A DNA stretch of 63,750 bases, filler included, from Perkinsus chesapeaki ATCC PRA-425 (Eukaryota > Protista > Perkinsozoa), in NCBI GenBank assembly GCA_013115145.1. It is 8 parts of 8 records of this genome, joined end to end, with 100 filler letters (N's around TTAATTAATTAA, not from the genome) between each part and the next. Parts side by side here need not be neighbours in the genome. Positions count along the whole stretch, not along the records: positions 59,434 to 61,068 come from JAAPAO010001854.1; positions 61,169 to 63,750 come from JAAPAO010001571.1; 6 more parts are not named here. One strand, 5' to 3'. How positions within the stretch are numbered: position 1 is the first letter of the stretch; the number at the start of each line of letters is the position of its first letter. The notes under the pieces are model-generated. The model saw only the letters and a program-made list of their open reading frames with translations, did no database searches and had not been told where the DNA came from. The position numbers and the translations under genes are program-made. This document shows, in pieces, positions 61,031 to 63,750 of the stretch.

Positions 61031-62192
61031 CATGCTCCAAACAATGACATCACATTTACGTCCGGTGGNNNNNNNNNNNNNNNNNNNNNNNNNNNNNNNN
61101 NNNNNNNNNNNNTTAATTAATTAANNNNNNNNNNNNNNNNNNNNNNNNNNNNNNNNNNNNNNNNNNNNAACTTCTGTCACACCAGCTGGTACGTCAGTTG
61201 TGTAATGAATGGTGATTAATGAAGTCCCTGTATTTGCGTTTCGAAGTATGCACAGTTCATAATAAACTATTTATGGAGGAACATCGTTTTCGAACTGCAA
61301 GATTAGTGATTTTGGGTTAGCTTTATGCTGCTATTTGTTGATAGAATAGCTCTTGCTGTTTTCCTGATTCGGACTCCACTGTATTCGCCTTGGGATGCAA
61401 GCACTTCCTGTCTCGCTTCCCCGTGGGTGTCCATTTTGCCATTGCTTGTACTTAAACGTGAATCCAGTCACATCCACCACTAGAACACAACGACATATAC
61501 GATTTTAGCTACCTATGTACATCAGGACGGCAAGACACATTAACGGTATACCAGTCAAACATGCCAATGGCTTCCACACTTCTACGAGTAAATCACCGGT
61601 TTCACTTACATACACGACGGTGCCAAGGAGGACAATCCACCAAGCGGACAACAGAATTACTTCCGGCCGTTTCGCGCGTTTGCACAGGTACCTTGCCACG
61701 CCAAGTACTCTGTTTGATCCAACGAACCCGACTTACTGCCACACAGTTACTTGCCGCCGCCGCCGGCTCCTTGTGCTACTGCCTCGGAGCCTTCGGGTCC
61801 TGGATGCCCCTCTTGGCGACCGGGGACGGTTTCGAACAAGAGTTGTATGAATTGGTTGCGTGTACTTGATAGGCCGTCCCGAGGCCGTCGGAGGAATTCT
61901 CAATGGCGAGCGCCCACGAGAGACACTTCGGCTCCGTGGAGGAAGAAAGTTCGGGCGCGGAGGAGTAATGCTTGTGATACCTGCGTTCATCGCGGCAAAC
62001 GGCTATATGGGCAATGTCAGATACCTCTTGGAGACCGGCAAAGAAGAACGTCTGTCCTCGGTGGAATATTCCGAATCATGACAGAAAAGCTAGCAGAAAT
62101 ACCTTTACATTGACAAACGAAACAACAATCGGTGAATGACAATTGCCGTGCGCTTACAGGATGCGACATAACAGAATTAGCAATAGTCCGTC

Positions 62193-62308
62193 GAGGTTAC
62201 CCTCTAAAGCTCATCGCTTATATAACAATAATCAGTAGGAGGTTACCCTCTAAAGCTCATCGCTTATATAACAATAATCAGTAGGAGGTTACCCTCTAAA
62301 GCTCATCG
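62193..62308. repeat. 46-bp tandem repeat, 2.5 copies, overlapping the stop codon of the adjacent gene
   Basis: Unit GAGGTTACCCTCTAAAGCTCATCGCTTATATAACAATAATCAGTAG starts at 62193, 62239 and 62285 (last copy partial). Confidence 0.95.
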
Positions 62309-63342
62309 TTTGTTATTGGTATGTTCTTCGACACTTCGGAAGTTGTGAACGTGTACTCTCTTGCATCGTGATGAGGCGACTCTCCCTCATCCACGAGAGT
62401 ATCAACTTCAACTGGTACCGTAACAATCTTCCCACCCTCGAGCTCGACGCGGTTGCTGTCGAACTTCTTCACTCGACCAAGAGCCATCGGGACAATTACC
62501 GTGATTGTGTCATCGTCACCAAATCTGACTTTGATACCGTCCCTCTGGCTCTCCTCATCCAACTGCTTCTTTATCGCCTCGGCGTCCCCCTTGGGGTCCT
62601 TCGGGCTATCGCCTTTCGCCGCCACCATGTCTGGGTTGCGCGGAATTGTGATTCTCAGTTTGCCGCTGTTCTGATCGTAAACGACTTTCGTCTGATCGAG
62701 CAGGCAGTCCTCCGTCATCGGATAGTATCGTTGCATCTCCGTTACGAGTGGGCCGTCCGTCTGTCTAACTAACACCACAATTCCCCGCCCGACCTGCTTC
62801 ACAGTGATACCATTGTCCTCCTCGCCCAGATCAGTTCGAAGCGTCTGTTTCGGTAGCTGACCAGTGATGGTAACTTCATTCGTGGAGGTGTTCATCGAGA
62901 AAGACGATTCCCCCTGGATTCCGCCGATAGAGCCCGCCAGCATCTGGTTCAACATTTGGCCAAGAATGCCGTTGAAGACGTCCATCACCGGGACAACTCC
63001 TCGCCTAAGGCGCTTCGGTTGCTGTGGTTGAGTCACCACAGCCTTGTCAAGGTCACCACCCGCCAGCTCGTGGACGTCGTCGATGGAGTCATAAACCTCG
63101 TCCAGTGGCGAGAAGAAAAAACCGCCGAGGGGAATGATCATGCCAGAGCCCATGCCTGGGCCGAAATCTACATTGAATGGTATCCCTCCCATAGGGGGCC
63201 CGCCACCGCCGTCGCCGCCAGGCGACACTTCATCGTTGTTCTCGTCAAACACGACGCGGTTATGCTCGGCTGCCTCCTCGGCCCATGCCAGACCGACCAG
63301 CAGGGGTACAAGGGTACGGATTAAGGCACTATATGCTACCAT
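62296..63342 (-). CDS. ER-luminal protein with alpha-crystallin/HSP20-like domain(s), intronless
   Basis: Signal peptide from Met 63342 (..LVPLLVGLAWA|EE); MQRYYPM....LDQTKVVYDQNSGKLRITIPR resembles ACD strands b7-b9; C-terminal NDEL. Confidence 0.7.
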   Translation of the reverse strand: MVAYSALIRTLVPLLVGLAWAEEAAEHNRVVFDENNDEVSPGGDGGGGPPMGGIPFNVDFGPGMGSGMIIPLGGFFFSPLDEVYDSIDDVHELAGGDLDKAVVTQPQQPKRLRRGVVPVMDVFNGILGQMLNQMLAGSIGGIQGESSFSMNTSTNEVTITGQLPKQTLRTDLGEEDNGITVKQVGRGIVVLVRQTDGPLVTEMQRYYPMTEDCLLDQTKVVYDQNSGKLRITIPRNPDMVAAKGDSPKDPKGDAEAIKKQLDEESQRDGIKVRFGDDDTITVIVPMALGRVKKFDSNRVELEGGKIVTVPVEVDTLVDEGESPHHDAREYTFTTSEVSKNIPITNDEL

Positions 63343-63677
63343 TACTTTGAAAAATTGAACTAACGACAGCGGCTTGGCGAGTGAGGCCAACTTAACCCAG
63401 AGAGGATGTGGAAACTACCAATAGAGTTATTACGATTATTGTTCACACAGTGATGACGAATGCTGCAAAGAGTAGTGTATTAGATGGGCATCTGCGTTTA
63501 CTGGCAACAACACTATTATTTCATAAATCACCATCATCATCATCATCGAGAGCGAGTGCTGAGCCAGCTTATCCATACCACTGGTAAAGTCAAGGTGAAG
63601 AGGAACACCATCAAGTTCTGCCTCACCTGAAGTCGATACGCTATGGCTAGGGAGGCTTCCGCTCAGAAACTCGGCCG

Positions 63678-63679
<2 letters not shown>

Positions 63680-63750
<71 letters not shown>
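63680..63750. repeat. Poly-G run at window end (probable artefact)
   Basis: Uninterrupted G homopolymer. Confidence 0.8.

Overview
Eukaryotic, intron-rich, gene-dense DNA that most likely comes from a perkinsid alveolate (Perkinsus-like). This is inferred from the ~40-60 nt spliceosomal introns, RAP-domain protein, flagellar genes and GH18-like secreted family. The window is 8 contigs joined by N-TTAATTAATTAA-N linkers, so adjacency across gaps is meaningless. Recognisable genes: RPLP0, a Cys2-type MetX-family acyltransferase, a RAP protein, MND1, tRNA-Ile(AAT), a PIH1/CS protein, epsilon-tubulin, BiP, a cytochrome P450, ATG5, a DnaJ, RABL2, cathepsin L, a GH18-like protein and an ER-type small HSP. 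The main signal not shown by the ORF track is non-coding RNA. (1) A tandem snoRNA array, (C/D-A, C/D-B, U17/snR30) x2, lies just 3' of RPLP0, and a third U17 sits inside the RPLP0 intron. The four C/D RNAs carry guides antisense to the LSU P-loop and apparently to the sarcin-ricin GAGA loop. (2) A trio of C/D snoRNAs lies just 3' of BiP with a perfect guide to the 18S m7G1575 region. (3) One 85-nt intron consists almost entirely of a decayed tRNA/SINE whose T-run serves as the polypyrimidine tract. (4) Several unusually long introns are filled with near-perfect hairpins. rRNA target assignments rely on recalled conserved eukaryotic rRNA sequence and need checking against this organism's rRNA.
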